64,000 nt of DNA, from positions 186,001 through 250,000 of the forward strand of contig QPMI01000152.1 in the NCBI GenBank assembly GCA_004431415.1, read 5' to 3'. Every line of letters begins with the position of its first letter. Positions within the stretch are counted from its first letter, which is position 1. A model generated the notes under the pieces. It had not been told where the DNA came from and did no database searches. It was given only the letters and a program-made list of their open reading frames with translations. A program made the position numbers and the translations under genes. Positions 49,468 to 61,427 of the stretch are shown piece by piece. This DNA is from Cyanophora paradoxa CCMP329. Lineage: Eukaryota; Plantae; Glaucophyta.

Positions 49468-50907
49468 GGTCAGGGCGCCCTCCTCGGTCAACTTCGACTC
49501 GCAGCCGAGCGACAGCGCGCGCGCCTCGACCCGCGCGGCGGACGCCGAGGCATCCGCTCGGAGCCCGGCCCTGGTAGCGCCGCTGAACCTTGCGGCGGCG
49601 GCGGATACGTCCTCGCAGCAGGAGACCTCCCGCACCGCCCGCTCGACCTTCCGCCGCAACAGATCCATGCGCCGCAGGTGCCTCTCATCGCCCCGCGCGC
49701 GCGGCCCCGCCCGCCTGACGCCGCGGGGCAGCTTCCGGGCGGACGGGACGCTGGTGGACGAGGAGGGGAACGTGCTGATCGACCGGACGCGGATCCCGGC
49801 GCTGCGGAAGTGGATGGCGGACTGCGGCCTCTTCAAGGACCTCGACCCCGGCACCCGCGACGAGGTCCTCCTCCGCTCCTTCCTGGTCTGGGCCCCGCCC
49901 CGCCCCGCCCCGCGCCCCCGGCACACGCGCTGAGGCTCGAACCCCCTGTCAGCTGAAGTACGAGCTGGGGCGCATCGTCTTCATGCAGAACGACCCGGGC
50001 GACCGGTGCGCCCCGCTCGCCCCGCGCGCGGGGGCACGCGGGGGGCCCAGCTGAGGGCCGGCGTCGCCCCCGCAGGATGTTCGTGATCATCAGCGGGTCG
50101 GTGTACATCTGCAAGCGGCGGGAGCAGTCGGCGGAGGCGGCGCTGGGGGCGCACCTCCTCAAGGCGGACGAGAAGCGGGACCCGCTCGCGGAGCGCATCC
50201 TCCCCGAGGGCCACGAGATCCTCGCCCGCCTCGCCCCCGGCGAGATGTTCGGCGAGGTCCGCTGGATTATGAGAGATCCAGATCGCTTCGTTACGAAACT
50301 GCCAAAGCTCTTCTGCGCGCCCCGCTGACGGCGCGGCGGGGCGCGCAGAGCGCGCTGCTGCACGGGAAGCCCCGCAGCGCCACCGTCATCTGCGCCGAGG
50401 AGTGTGAGCCCCGCCTCGCCCCCCGCCTTTCCCTCCTCCTTCCCCTTTCTTAGCGGCCGGCCGGGGCAGGCGAGTTCCTGGTGGTGACGCGGCGGACGTA
50501 CGACTCGGTGCTCAAGCAGGAGCTGATGGCGGCCCGCCAGGAGAAGCTCACGCACCTCCAGGCCTGCCCTCTCTTCGCCGCCTGGTCCCGGGTAGCCCCA
50601 GACCACCCCAAGCCGCCCTCGCGTCCCGGGGCTGAAGGCGAGGCCCCGACAGGACGCGCTGGAGAAGCTGCTGCCGTTCATGTGGACGGCGACGTACGTG
50701 AAGGGGCACGCGATCCTCGAGGAGGGGCGCCCCACCGACGTCGCCCACATCCTCCAGGTCCCACCGCCCCGTTCCCAGCCCGCTGCCGAGCGCCGACGCG
50801 GCCCGCTCGGGGGGGCGCGCAGGAGGGCCACTGCGAGATGTCCTTCCGCGTGCCCCTCCGCGGCGAGAGCTACGCCGACCCCCGCGTCCGCCCCCTTGCC
50901 CTTCCCT

Positions 50908-50938
<31 letters not shown>

Positions 50939-52395
50939 TTTTCTCTCTGACGAAAGGGCGGCAGACGGGGCGGAGGAAGACGCGGCAGGCGTTCCGCTCG
51001 ATGCCCTTCGCCATCCTCGCCGCCGGCGACGCGCGCCCGCCTTCCTGCCCCCTCCGCCCTCCGCCCCGGCGCCCGCCTGACGCGCCCGCGGCGCAGTGGG
51101 TGGGGGACGTGGAGGCGATGACGGGCGCCGTGCCGACGGCAACCTGCGCCGTCACCTCCGCCCGCGCCACCCTCCTCGTCGTCCGCCCCCTCCCGTACCC
51201 CCCCTCGGCTCCTCCCGGGCCTAAGCGCGTCGGGCGCAGACGAACGCGGTGGACTTCCGGCGGATCGTGCAGCGGAACAGCGACACGCGGGCGATGGTGG
51301 AGCGCGTCTCGGGCCAGCGGCGCCTCCTCCGGCAGGCCGCCTTCGAGCGCATCGTCCGCCCCCGCCACCGACCCGACGCGACGCAAGCTGCGCCCCTCTC
51401 ACGCCCCGGGCGGCGCAGGCGTCGCTGGACCGGAGCGTGCCGGTGCTGATGACGGCGCCCCCGCAGCTCCCCATGGGGGCCCTCCCCGAGGACTCCACCG
51501 CCGAGCCCCTCCTCGGCTCCCGCTTCCAGCGCGGCGGCACCGCCCCGGGCACCGCCCCCGCCGCGCCCTTCCCCGGCCAGGCGCCCCGCCTGCGCACCTC
51601 CTCCTCGGCGCCGGCGCTGCAGTCCCCCGCGGCGGCGGCGCGCGCCACGCTGCGCTCCATCGTCGACTCCCTCCACCCCGCCGACTACAGCCGCCCCAGC
51701 CACCTCCCGCCCCGGGGCCCCCGCGGCCCCGCCACGCCTTCGCCGTGCTCGCGCCCGACGCCGAGGGCTCCGCGGGCGAGGAGGGCCCGCGGAAGGCGCG
51801 GAGGCGGGGCGAGCTGGCGGCGGCGGCGGCGGCGCTGGCGGCGCGGGACGTGGCGCGGGGCGCCTTCGAGCGGAGCAACGCGGACCGCTCGCTGCTGCGC
51901 TCCCTGCGGCCCTTCCAGAACAGCAGCGAGCGGGCAACGGTGAAGGCGGCGCTGCTCGAGGGCGACGGCGGGGCGGGGCGGCGGCGGGCGCCCTTCGTGC
52001 GGCCCAACGGGGACTACTGGGGCGCGACCTTCGCGCGGCACGCCAAGTTCTCCGACGACCTCCCCAACGTGCCCCTCCGCTCCGCCGACTCCCGCGCCCA
52101 CGGCCACGGCCACGGCCACGGCCACGGGCACCGGCGGGGGACGGGAGCCGGGGCGGGGGCGGGGGCGCTGGGGCGGAGCACGGTGGTGGCGGAGCACGGG
52201 GCCTACCTGGTGCTGCGGGAGGGCCGGGAGGCGCGGGAGCCCTGGGAGGAGGACTCCGACGACGACTTCGACCCCTCCGCCATCCACCACAGCCCCCTCA
52301 GCCTCGCCCGGCCCCTCCGCCCCGCCGTCCGCGACTCCCCCGCCGCCGCCGCCCGCAGGAGGGCCCGCCGCGCCAGCCTCGCCTCCGCCTTCTAG
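49208..52395 (+). CDS. Cyclic-nucleotide-binding domain protein (two cNMP domains)
   Basis: LFKDLD...IVFMQNDPGDRMFVIISGSVYI...LAPGEMFGE..LLHGKPRSATVIC...EFLVVTRRTY; second domain CPLFAAWS...YVKGHAILEEG; His-Gly repeat near the C-terminus. Confidence 0.85.
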
Positions 52396-52658
52396 TCTTA
52401 GGCGACCTAGTAGTCTAGTAGTCTAGTGCTCCGTAGCTAGCAGGTGATAGTGCACCCGAGCGTAAGCTATTGGATCCCCCGGCAACGCGCCCCAGCGCGA
52501 ACCGCACGAAGCGGCACGTGCTTGCGCGGCGCGTGTTAGCTGCGCGGGCGCAGCTGCAGCCGCTGGGCTGCGGTCGGGCGCCGCTCGATCTGCAAAGCGG
52601 AATGCAATTGAAACTACGCGCGGACACTGTCGATGAAAGCTAGGGGCGCTGCAGCTGC

Positions 52659-53197
52659 CTACTTCTTCTCCTCCGGCTTCGCCGGCGCCTCGGCCTTCTT
52701 CTCCTCGGCCTTCGGCTTCTCCTCCTCCTCGTCCGCGCGGTTCAGCTCCGTCTCGAACTCCTTCGACGCCGACTTGAAGCTCTTGAGCGCCTTGCCGACG
52801 CTCCGGCCCAGCTCCGGCGCCTTGGACGGCCCGAAAATCAGCAGACCGACGCCCACGATGACTGCGAGCTCGCCCGCGCCGAGCCCGAACAGGCCGCTAG
52901 TGATCGTCTCTGCGGCCGGCGCTCCAGGTGAGAGACGCCGGGAGGCGCGGCGCGCACGGGAATCGGACCGGTGCTCGACGAGGCGAAGACCGGGGCCGGC
53001 TCCGCCGCGCGGCGGACGCCGAAGAAGCCCGCGGAGACGCTCTCGGTGTTGCCGATGAACTGGCGCTTCGATAGGCGCTCGCTGGCAGCCGCGCGTGGCG
53101 CAGCCCGGACTGGGGTCGCGGAGCTGCTGGCGAACGAGGCGGGGCTGCTGCGGATGGACGCCGAGGACGGGACGGGGGTGAGGAAGGCCGACGACAT
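52659..53197 (-). CDS. tatA: Thylakoid twin-arginine translocase subunit TatA/Tha4 with transit peptide
   Basis: MSSAFLTPVP- transit peptide; mature GLFGLGAGELAVIVGVGLLIFGPSKAPELGRSVGKALKSFKSASKEFE; one intron. Confidence 0.93.
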
Positions 53198-53305
53198 GGC
53201 GAGGAGCAGAGGACAGAGATGATCGACCTAGTGGGTTGATCTAGACCTAGGGTACGCTATTGGACCAGTTTGCCACAACTTCTGTTCGCCAGCGCCGATA
53301 CTGAG

Positions 53306-56300
53306 ATGGCGGAGAACGATGATGACGAGGCCTACGTGCGGGCGGCCGCTAGCGGACTGGGCCTGGGCCTTCCCCCGGGCCTCCTCGCCGCAGCCCCTGA
53401 GTCAGCCGCCCTCGAGTCGACCGCTCTCCCGCGCGCCTGACGCCCGCCTCGCAGCATGAGCGTCGCTCTGCCTCGAGACAGCGGCTCGAGCTCGAGGTCT
53501 GGGGCGCGCGCCGCGCGCCGCTCGAATGTTAGCTAAGAATTTGACTGCAGGGCGCGCTACGACCGCGGCGGCGAGCTCGCAGGTCCGAGCCTTGCCCTGC
53601 ATGCACCGCCACATTCATTCGCGATTCTGATCGGGGCCGTGCGGCTGCAGAGTACGACGACCGCAAGGGGAAGGGCCGCGGGCGCCCGAAGATGAGCCCG
53701 GAGGTAGCCCACGTGATGGGCGAGGCGAACATGCTGTTCGCGAACAAGCAGTTCAACGAGGCGCGCGCCGCCGCGGCGCGCGGGGCCGCGCGCGGGGCCT
53801 GACGGCGGGGGCGGGGGCAGGCGGAGGGCCTCTGCATGGAAGTGATCCAGGCGGCGCCGATGGCGGCGGACCCGTACCACGTGCTGGGGCTCATCCACCA
53901 GCAGCAGGGCGACGAGAAGCGCGCCTTCCAGTTCCTCATGCTCGCCGCCTCCCTCACCGAGTCGGACCCGGAGCTCTGGCGCCAGCTCGCCGTCATGTCC
54001 CGGCAGCAGGGGAACCTCCCGCAGGCGGCCTTCTGCTACGCGCGGGCCGTGCGGGCGGACCCGCGGGACGTGGACACGCTCTGGGACCTCGCGCAGACGC
54101 ACGCGGAGCTGGGGCAGGCCGCCCGCGCCGCCGCCCGCCTCGAGGCCATCCTCAAGCTCCGGCCCCGCGACCCCGCCGTCCTCAAGGAGCTCGCCAAGGC
54201 CCGCCCCCGCCCCGCCGCCGCCGCCCGCGCCGCTCTCACCGCGATCCCGCCCCCTTCGCGCCCCCAGGTCCTCTCGGACGACGGGCAGAAGGGGGCGGCG
54301 GCGGACGCGCTCCTGAGGCACCTCGCGACGGACGCCGTGCGCCGCGGCCCGCCCCAGTCCCCCCGCGGCCGGGCCGGAGCGGGCCGGGGGCAGGACCTGC
54401 GGGAGACGGACCTGAACGTGCTCAACGTCGCCATGGAGATGCTCCTCGCCACCGGCCAGCACGCCCGCGCCGCCTCCGTCCGCCCCGCCCCGCCCCGCCC
54501 CGCCCCGCCGGCCGCCCTGCTCGCGCGCCCGAGCGAGCGCGCCGCGTGCAGCTGCTGGAGCGGGCGGTGGGGGCGCGGGCGGGGCCGGGGCGGCGGCCTG
54601 CACCTCGACCTCACGGTCAAGTACGCCGTCGCCCAGACGCACCTCGGCAACTACGCCGCCGCCGACGTCCGTCCGCGCCCTCCCTCCGTTCCCCCTCCCG
54701 CCCTCCCCCCTTCCCCCCCGAACCCGCCCGGCAGCGGCACCTGGAGGGGCTGCTGGAGCGGGGCCAGCCCGTGGAGCTCTACGCCGACCTCTACCTCGAG
54801 GCGGCCGACGCGCTCGCCGCCGCGGGGCTCCCCGACCGCGCCCTCGCCTTCCTGCACCCCCTCGCCCGCGTCGAGGAGCACGACCGCCCCGCCCTCTGGC
54901 TCCGCCAGGGCCGCTGCCACCGCGCCCGCCGCGCCCTGCCCCTCGCCGCCGACTTCTTCGAGCGCGGTGCCGCCCCCCGCCCCCCCTCCCCCGCACCCTC
55001 CCGCCCTCCTCCGCCTGAGGGGGCGGGCAGTGGTCGCGGAGGGCGGGGCGGGCTCGCCGGAGGGCGTGGAGGCGAGCTTGGAGCTGGCGGCGGTGTACGA
55101 GGAGCTGGGGGACGTGGGGCGGGCCCTGCGCGCCTCGGGCCACACCGGCGCCGCATCCACAGCCCTCGCCCTCCTCCCGGAGGCCCAGCCGCCCGCCGCC
55201 CCCGCCGGCGTCGCCCCCGCCCTCGCCACCGCCGCCATCCCCGTCCTCCCCTCCCCCCGTCCAGGAGGCGGCGGCCGCGGCGGCGCCGGGGGCGGCCGCC
55301 GGGCCGGCGGACGAGGCGACGGTGCGGGCGGAGGCGCTGGCGCGGCAGGAGGCGGCGGCGGCGATCGCGGAGGCGGAGAAGCGGGCGGCGCCGGCCAAGT
55401 CGCGGCGGCTGAACGCCGGCGAGGCGCTCCTCGTGGGGCTCGACGTCGACGAGGAGGAGGCGAGCCTCTTCCCCATCGGCGCCGCCGACCTCTTCGAGGA
55501 CCCCCGCCGCGTCGCCCAGCGCGCCCGCCTCTTCCACAAGGCCGGCGACCTCCAGGCCTTCGTCGCCACCTGCCTCCCCTTCGTCGCCTCCACCCTCATC
55601 CGCCCCAACCGCCGCTTCGCCGCCGGCCGCGTCCGCCCCACCCCGCTCCCTTCCCACGGCGCCGGCCCGCGCGCCGACGCGCGCCGCAGAGGAAGCAGCG
55701 GGAGTCGCACGGGGTGACGACGCTCTCGGGGTACATGTGGGGCGGCATCCGCCTCCGCGAGCCCAAGGTCCGCCCCCGCCCTCGCCCGATTGGGCGCGGG
55801 GCCCGGGGCGGCCCCTCGAGCCGGGCGCAGCCGTCGGAGGAGGAGCGGGAGGGCGGGGAGGGCGAGGAGAGCATCCTCCGCTTCTCGCAGTCGGCGGGCA
55901 AGAAGCAGAAGCGGCCCGCCACCGTCATCGTGCGCGCCGCACCGGCCCCGCCCCGCCCCGCACGCGCGCCCGCGCCGAGCGCCGGGCAGCCGCGCCCGAT
56001 CGTGCGGAAGCGGCGGCGGCGGGCGGCGTGGGCGGACGCGGAGGAGGTGGGGGAGGAGGACGACGTCGGGCTGCCGGCGTACGACCTGTACAGCGGGCTG
56101 GAGCTCGCCGTGGGGGCCCTGGGCGCCCGCGACTACTTCGCCCTCGTCCTCGACCTCTGCAAGGCCCTCGCCGCCTTCGAGCGGTGCGCCGCGCCGGCGC
56201 GCCCGAGCCCGCCCAGCCCGCACCGATTAGAGCCTCCTTCAGGTACCGGGAGGCGATGGTGGTGTGCGACGCGGCGCTCCACTCGCGGGCGCTCACGGAC

Positions 56301-57240
56301 CGGCCCACGCTCTCCGCCCTCAAGCACTTCGCCCTCGGCTGCGCCTACAACAGCGAGGACTACCTCGCCGCCTACGAGTGCCCCCCGTCCCGCCCGCCCC
56401 GCTGCGGGGCCGACCCGAGCTCCGGCGGGGCGCAGGCACGTGCGGGACATGTGCCTGGAGCGGCCCTACTCCATCCGCGTCGTCAACCTCTTCAACACCA
56501 TCGTCACCAAGCGCGCCCCGCCCCCCCGCCCTCGAGCCGAGGGCGCCCCCCCGCTGACGGGCCCGGGGGGGGCGGGGCGCAGGATGGGGGGCTTCATGGC
56601 CCAGAACAAGTTCATCGTGCGCCTGCTGAACCGCCACCCCCAGTCCGTGCCCCTCATCGTCCTCGTGCGCCCCGCGCCCCGCGCCGCCCCCGCCTCCCTC
56701 CTCCTCCTCCCCGATCCCCCCGCCTCCGACGCGCGCCGGGCAGGTGGGGCACCACTGCCTGATGTCGGGCTTCTACAACCTGGCGCTGGGCGAGTACTTC
56801 CGCGCCTTCCGGGCCCTCCCCGACGACCCCCTCCTCTCCCTCTCCATCGCCCTCGCCTACCTCTCCCAGGTCCCCGCCCCGCGCCCCTCCCCGCCCCCCG
56901 TCGTTCCCCTCCGACGGGTACGCAGGTGATGTCGCGGCGGGTGGAGGACCGGAACCTGTGCTGCGTGCAGGCGCTGGCGTGGCTCTACCGCTACGCGGCG
57001 CTGCGGGGGCGGGAGACGCCCGAGGCGCTCTACAACCTGGCGCGGGCGCACCACCAGCTCGGCCTCCTCCAGCTCGCCGTCCCCTTTTACGAGCGCTGCC
57101 TCGCCCGCTGCTGCGCCCCCTCCTCCCGCCCGACCCAGAGCCTCGCCCGCGAGGCGGCCCACAACCTCGCCCTCATCTACCGCGCCAGCGGCAACGCGCC
57201 CCTCGCCCTCGCCCTCATGCGCGAGTACCTCACCATCTAG
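53306..57240 (+). CDS. GTF3C3: Transcription factor IIIC TPR subunit (Tfc4/TFIIIC102)
   Basis: MGEANMLFA...AEGLCMEVIQAAP...PYHVLGLIH, TPR repeats, PVELYADLYLEAADAL, EALYNLARAHHQLGLLQLAVPFYERCL, REAAHNLALIYRASGN...MREYLTI*. Confidence 0.93.
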
Positions 57241-57479
57241 GCCCTCTCACTCAGTGATTCTCTTGCCACCGCGCTCGCTCGCTTCGATCATCGGCAGATG
57301 CTTTGGTTTTCGTAGTTTACCGTAGTACAGTACAAGGGAGCGCGTCCGCACATCGGACCGGATGCTTAGTATGCACGCTATCTCCTTTAAATTTTAGTAT
57401 GGACGCTAGGTTCTCGATCAAAAAAGTTTCAATAGGTACGGTTCCTGGATTCGAAAAAGAAGAGAAAAAGAAGCTTCAA

Positions 57480-60400
57480 TCAGACGTCCTCCCTGTCGTC
57501 TGCGCGCGCGGGGGGGGGGGGGGGGGGTACCGGTCGGGGGTGCGCGGGGCTTCTCGCGGGCACGCGAGGCGGGCACCGTCGCGGAAGGGGTTGTGGTGGG
57601 AGGGGGCCCGTAGGAGCGGGCGGAGGTGGGCGGCTGGGGGGCGTCGGGGAAGTCGACGAAGTGGTGGGCGTCGTCGAGGTCGAGGGCGGCGGCCGCCTCC
57701 TCGAGGCTCTCCGCGGGGCCCACGGCGATGACAGTCGGGTGCTCCCCCGGGTCGATGTCCACGGTCACCGACCGCGACGTCGACGGCGCCGCCACCGGCT
57801 CCTCCACCCGCAGCGTCGGCGAGCGGCCCGTCTCCGGCGGGCCCCGCCGCGACTCCCGCCGCTCCACCTGCTCCGCCGCCGCCAGCAGCCTGCCCCGCCG
57901 CGGTGAGGCGCGGGGCGCGGGGCGGAGGCGGGGCGGGCGGGGGGCGGGCAGCGGGGGCGCACGGGGGGTTGACCTCCTCGAGGTAGCGTGCGAGGGAGGG
58001 GGAGAGGGCGCGGAGGAGGAGGAGGAGCTCGCGGGAGCGGTGGACGTCGGGCGGCTCGAGGGAGCGGACGTGCGGCCGGCAGGCCTCGAGGAGCACCGAG
58101 GCGGCGTACATGTCCGCCGAGAGGAGGAAGGCGGGCACGTTCTCCCGCGACACCAGCCGCGCCAGCCGCCGCTCCGTCTGCTCCTTCAGGTGGCCCAGCC
58201 TGCATCCCCCGGAATTGGGGGGGCGGGAGGGGCGGCGCGGGGCGGGGGTACAGGGTCGGGGGCGCACGAGTGCTGGCAGGCGAGGTCGAGGAGGCCGAAG
58301 AGGTCCGAGGAGCGGGCCACGGGCTCGAGGTCGACGGCCCCCGTGTAGATGTACCCCATCAGCAGCTCGAAACTCCGGTACCTGCGGGGCGCCCGGCTCG
58401 GCGGGCGGCGCCGCGGGGGCAGGGGAGGGGCGGGGCGCACGAGGTGTCGCGGATGGTGAACTCCTGCGTGACGGAGCCGCTGGCGTTGCCCGTGAGGATG
58501 ACCGTCGGGGCGGCGAACATGCTCCGGAAGAGCGGCGAGCGGCCGGCGCAGATGAGGCGGTGCGCGTAGAAGTCCTTGCCCTCCACCTGCGCCCAGTCCG
58601 GCTCGGCCCCGCGGGGCGCCGCGCGCCGCGCTGCGGGGCGGGACGGGCCTTGAAGGTGACGTCGGAGAAGGCGGGGTCGTTGATGGCCTCCTTCAGGCTC
58701 GCCGCCAGCGAGTCCACGAAGACCGCCGACGCCGCTGCCCCGTCCGCTTGGTCGCCCGCCCGGGGCCGCGCACGGGGCGGGCGGGGGGCGGGGGCGGACC
58801 CTGGGGCAGCTTGGAGCGGCGGAGGCAGGAGGAGTCGAGCCAGTCCTCGATCCAGCGCGCCCCGGAGGGCTCCGTCAGCAGCCCGAGGCCCTCGGGGCGC
58901 CCGTTCAGCCACTCCCCCTCGAACTTCGTCCCGTCCGCCTTCACGTGCGTCCCCTGCCCCCCGAGCGCGCTCGTGTCGGGCCTCCCGCGCGTCCGCCCCC
59001 ATGCGGGGCGGGGGCGCACGAGGCCGGTGCGGCGGCCGTCCTGGAAGGAGCCGTCGTAGTGGTTGCCGTTGGGCCAGAGGAGGCGGCCCTGGCCCGTCTC
59101 CTCGAAGACGGGGTCCCAGTCCCCCTCCTCGCTCGGGGGCCGCCCGGCGAGGGCCCCCTTGGAGAAAACCCGCATCTCCCCCTCGTAGCGCGTCCCGTCC
59201 GGCCGCGCGCACGTCCCCAGGAAGCGCGTCGGCATCGGGGGGAAGCTCTCCCGCGCCTCCTGCGCCTCCCGCTCGCCGCCCTCCTCCGCCTCCTCGCTGT
59301 ACCCGAAGTAGCCGGCCAGCACCGTCCCGTCCGCGCACTTCAGCGTGCCCCTGCGCGCCCCCCGGCGCGCGTCGCACGAGCGCCCGCTGGGCGGAGGGGG
59401 AGGGCGGGGCGCACCGGCCGAGCCTCTTGCCGGGCTTGATCTCGCCGCCGTAGTGGTCCCCGTTGGGGAAGGTGAGGGCGACGTGGCCCGACCAGGAGGG
59501 CTCGCCGGCCACCCACTCCCCGTCGTACATGTCCCCGTTGGGGTACGACTCCCGCCCCTGCCCGTGCGGCTTGTTGTCGAGCCAGTGGCCCTCGTACACC
59601 TCCCCGTTCGTGAACGTGCGCTTCCCACGGCCCGACCTGCACCCGGCCTGCCAGTCCCCTGCCGGCGGGGTGAGCCCGCGTCGGAAGACGAGCGCTCTCC
59701 CCGCGGCGCAGGCGCCGGCGCACCCTCGTACACGTCCCCCGAGGCCCACTTCTTGACGCCGTACCCGCACGCCAGGTTGTCCCGGAACTCGCCCTCGTAC
59801 GTGTCCCCGTTCGCCGAGATCTTGAGGCCCTGCCCGCACTGCTTCCCCTTCTTCCACTCGCCGTCGTAGCGGGAGCCGTCCGGCCACGTGTACGACCCGA
59901 TCCCGTCGAATAGGTCGTTCTTCCAGTCGCCTGCGCCGCGCAGGGGCTCCTCAGCCCGGCCCCGCCGCTCCCGCCGGGCGCGGGGGCCCCCGGTTCGCCG
60001 GACCTTCGTACTTGGCGCCGTTCGCCCGCATCCACATGCCCTTGCCGTCCTTGCGGTTGAACCTCCACTCGCCCTCGTACACGTCACCTGCGCTGAGGCG
60101 GTCAGGAGCCGCTGGCGCCAGCGTCCACGCGGCGGGCCCGGGGCACCGTTGGACCAGATGCGCTTCCCGCGGCCGTGCGAGGCGTTGTTCTCGAACTCGC
60201 CCACGTACTGGTCCCCGTTAGGCCACCGCTTGATCCCCCGCCCGCACAGCTTGCCCTTCAGCCACGTCCCCTCGAACACCGTCCCGTCAGCCCGTATGTA
60301 CACGCCGCGGCCTGGGTCGCGGGGGGACGCGACGTGGGCGCGGGGCCGGCTCGAGTGTACCGAGCGCGAGGAGGGCCCCACCTTCGAATGTATCGTTCTT

Positions 60401-60964
60401 CCAGTCTCCTTCGTACGAGCACCCGTTCGCCCGCGTCCACTTCCCGTGGCCGCTCTTCCGGTTCTCGTACCAGTCGCCTGGACGCGTGAGGCATCAGCTA
60501 AGGACGCAGGGGAGCCGCAAGGGGCCGGCACCTTCGTACACGTCCCCGTTGGCCGATATCCTGACGCCCCAGCCGTGCGCCACGTTGTTCACGAAGTCGC
60601 CTGCGCCGCCGCGGGCATCGGAGGCCGCCTGGCGTCAACGATTCATCGCAGGCCGCACCTTCGTGCCGGTCCCCGTTCGGCCACATCTTGTCCCCTTTGC
60701 CCTCTTGCCTGCCCTCCACCCAGTCGCCCGAGTACCGCGTCCCGTCTCTCCAGTAGTACGTGCCGTTCCCTGAGCGCGCGCTCAGACGCCCCCCGACGGG
60801 TCGTGAGGGACAGGCTCACCGTGGAACTTGCCATTAACCATATCTCCTTCATACCTGCACCGCCTATCACACTCCGCACGCACGGGTAGCGCTGCGCAAC
60901 CGCACCGGTCTCCATTTTTGTGCTGCAGGACGACTCGGCGCACGGCAGGCGCGTCTGCAGACAT
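57480..60964 (-). CDS. MORN-repeat protein with C-terminal BTB/BACK domain
   Basis: Many NGD.YEG.W..G..HG.G repeats; then FSDVTFKVEGKDFYAHRLICAGRSPLFRSMF...FELLMGYIYTG...ENVPAFLLSADMY. 3' end approximate. Confidence 0.88.
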
Positions 60965-61427
60965 AGCGAGCGACGCGCCGGCTGCGTTGGCAGCCGAGCG
61001 TGCTGTAGCTGCTCGTTATGCTTTCGAAGTGGCCGTCCGATCAGCAGCCGTGCGGTTCTGGACTGGCTTGGGCGCTTCCCTCCTAGCTCAAGGATAAATC
61101 AAGGCGGCTCTGCTGGTCCAACCGTTCGCACTCCGCGGCTCGAGCTCACGGGCTCGCGCCACTGCGGCGCTTGATTCCGACCAACTAGACCCCGCGTACG
61201 CCGCGGTCTCGACCTTTGCGCACCGCGCAGGCACGTCGCTCGTGCTCCCGATCGCTCGCTCGGGTGGCTGGGCGAGTTTGTCCAGAGGTGACAGTATACC
61301 CCGGCGTCCGCAGACCTGCCAGACCAGCGCAGCTTTCCCGCATCTCCGGTCATCTAGCGCGTGTCCGGCCGCATCAGAGCATCGCACAGACGGGCTAGTG
61401 CATATCTAGAGGGGGGTTCTCGCCGCG

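Noticed and set aside
26109-60889. Many long overlapping Arg/Pro/Gly/Ala-rich ORFs on both strands (e.g. 53557-56223 -, 34397-36946 -)
   Set aside because: Stop-codon scarcity in very GC-rich DNA; they are antisense or intron read-through frames of spliced genes.
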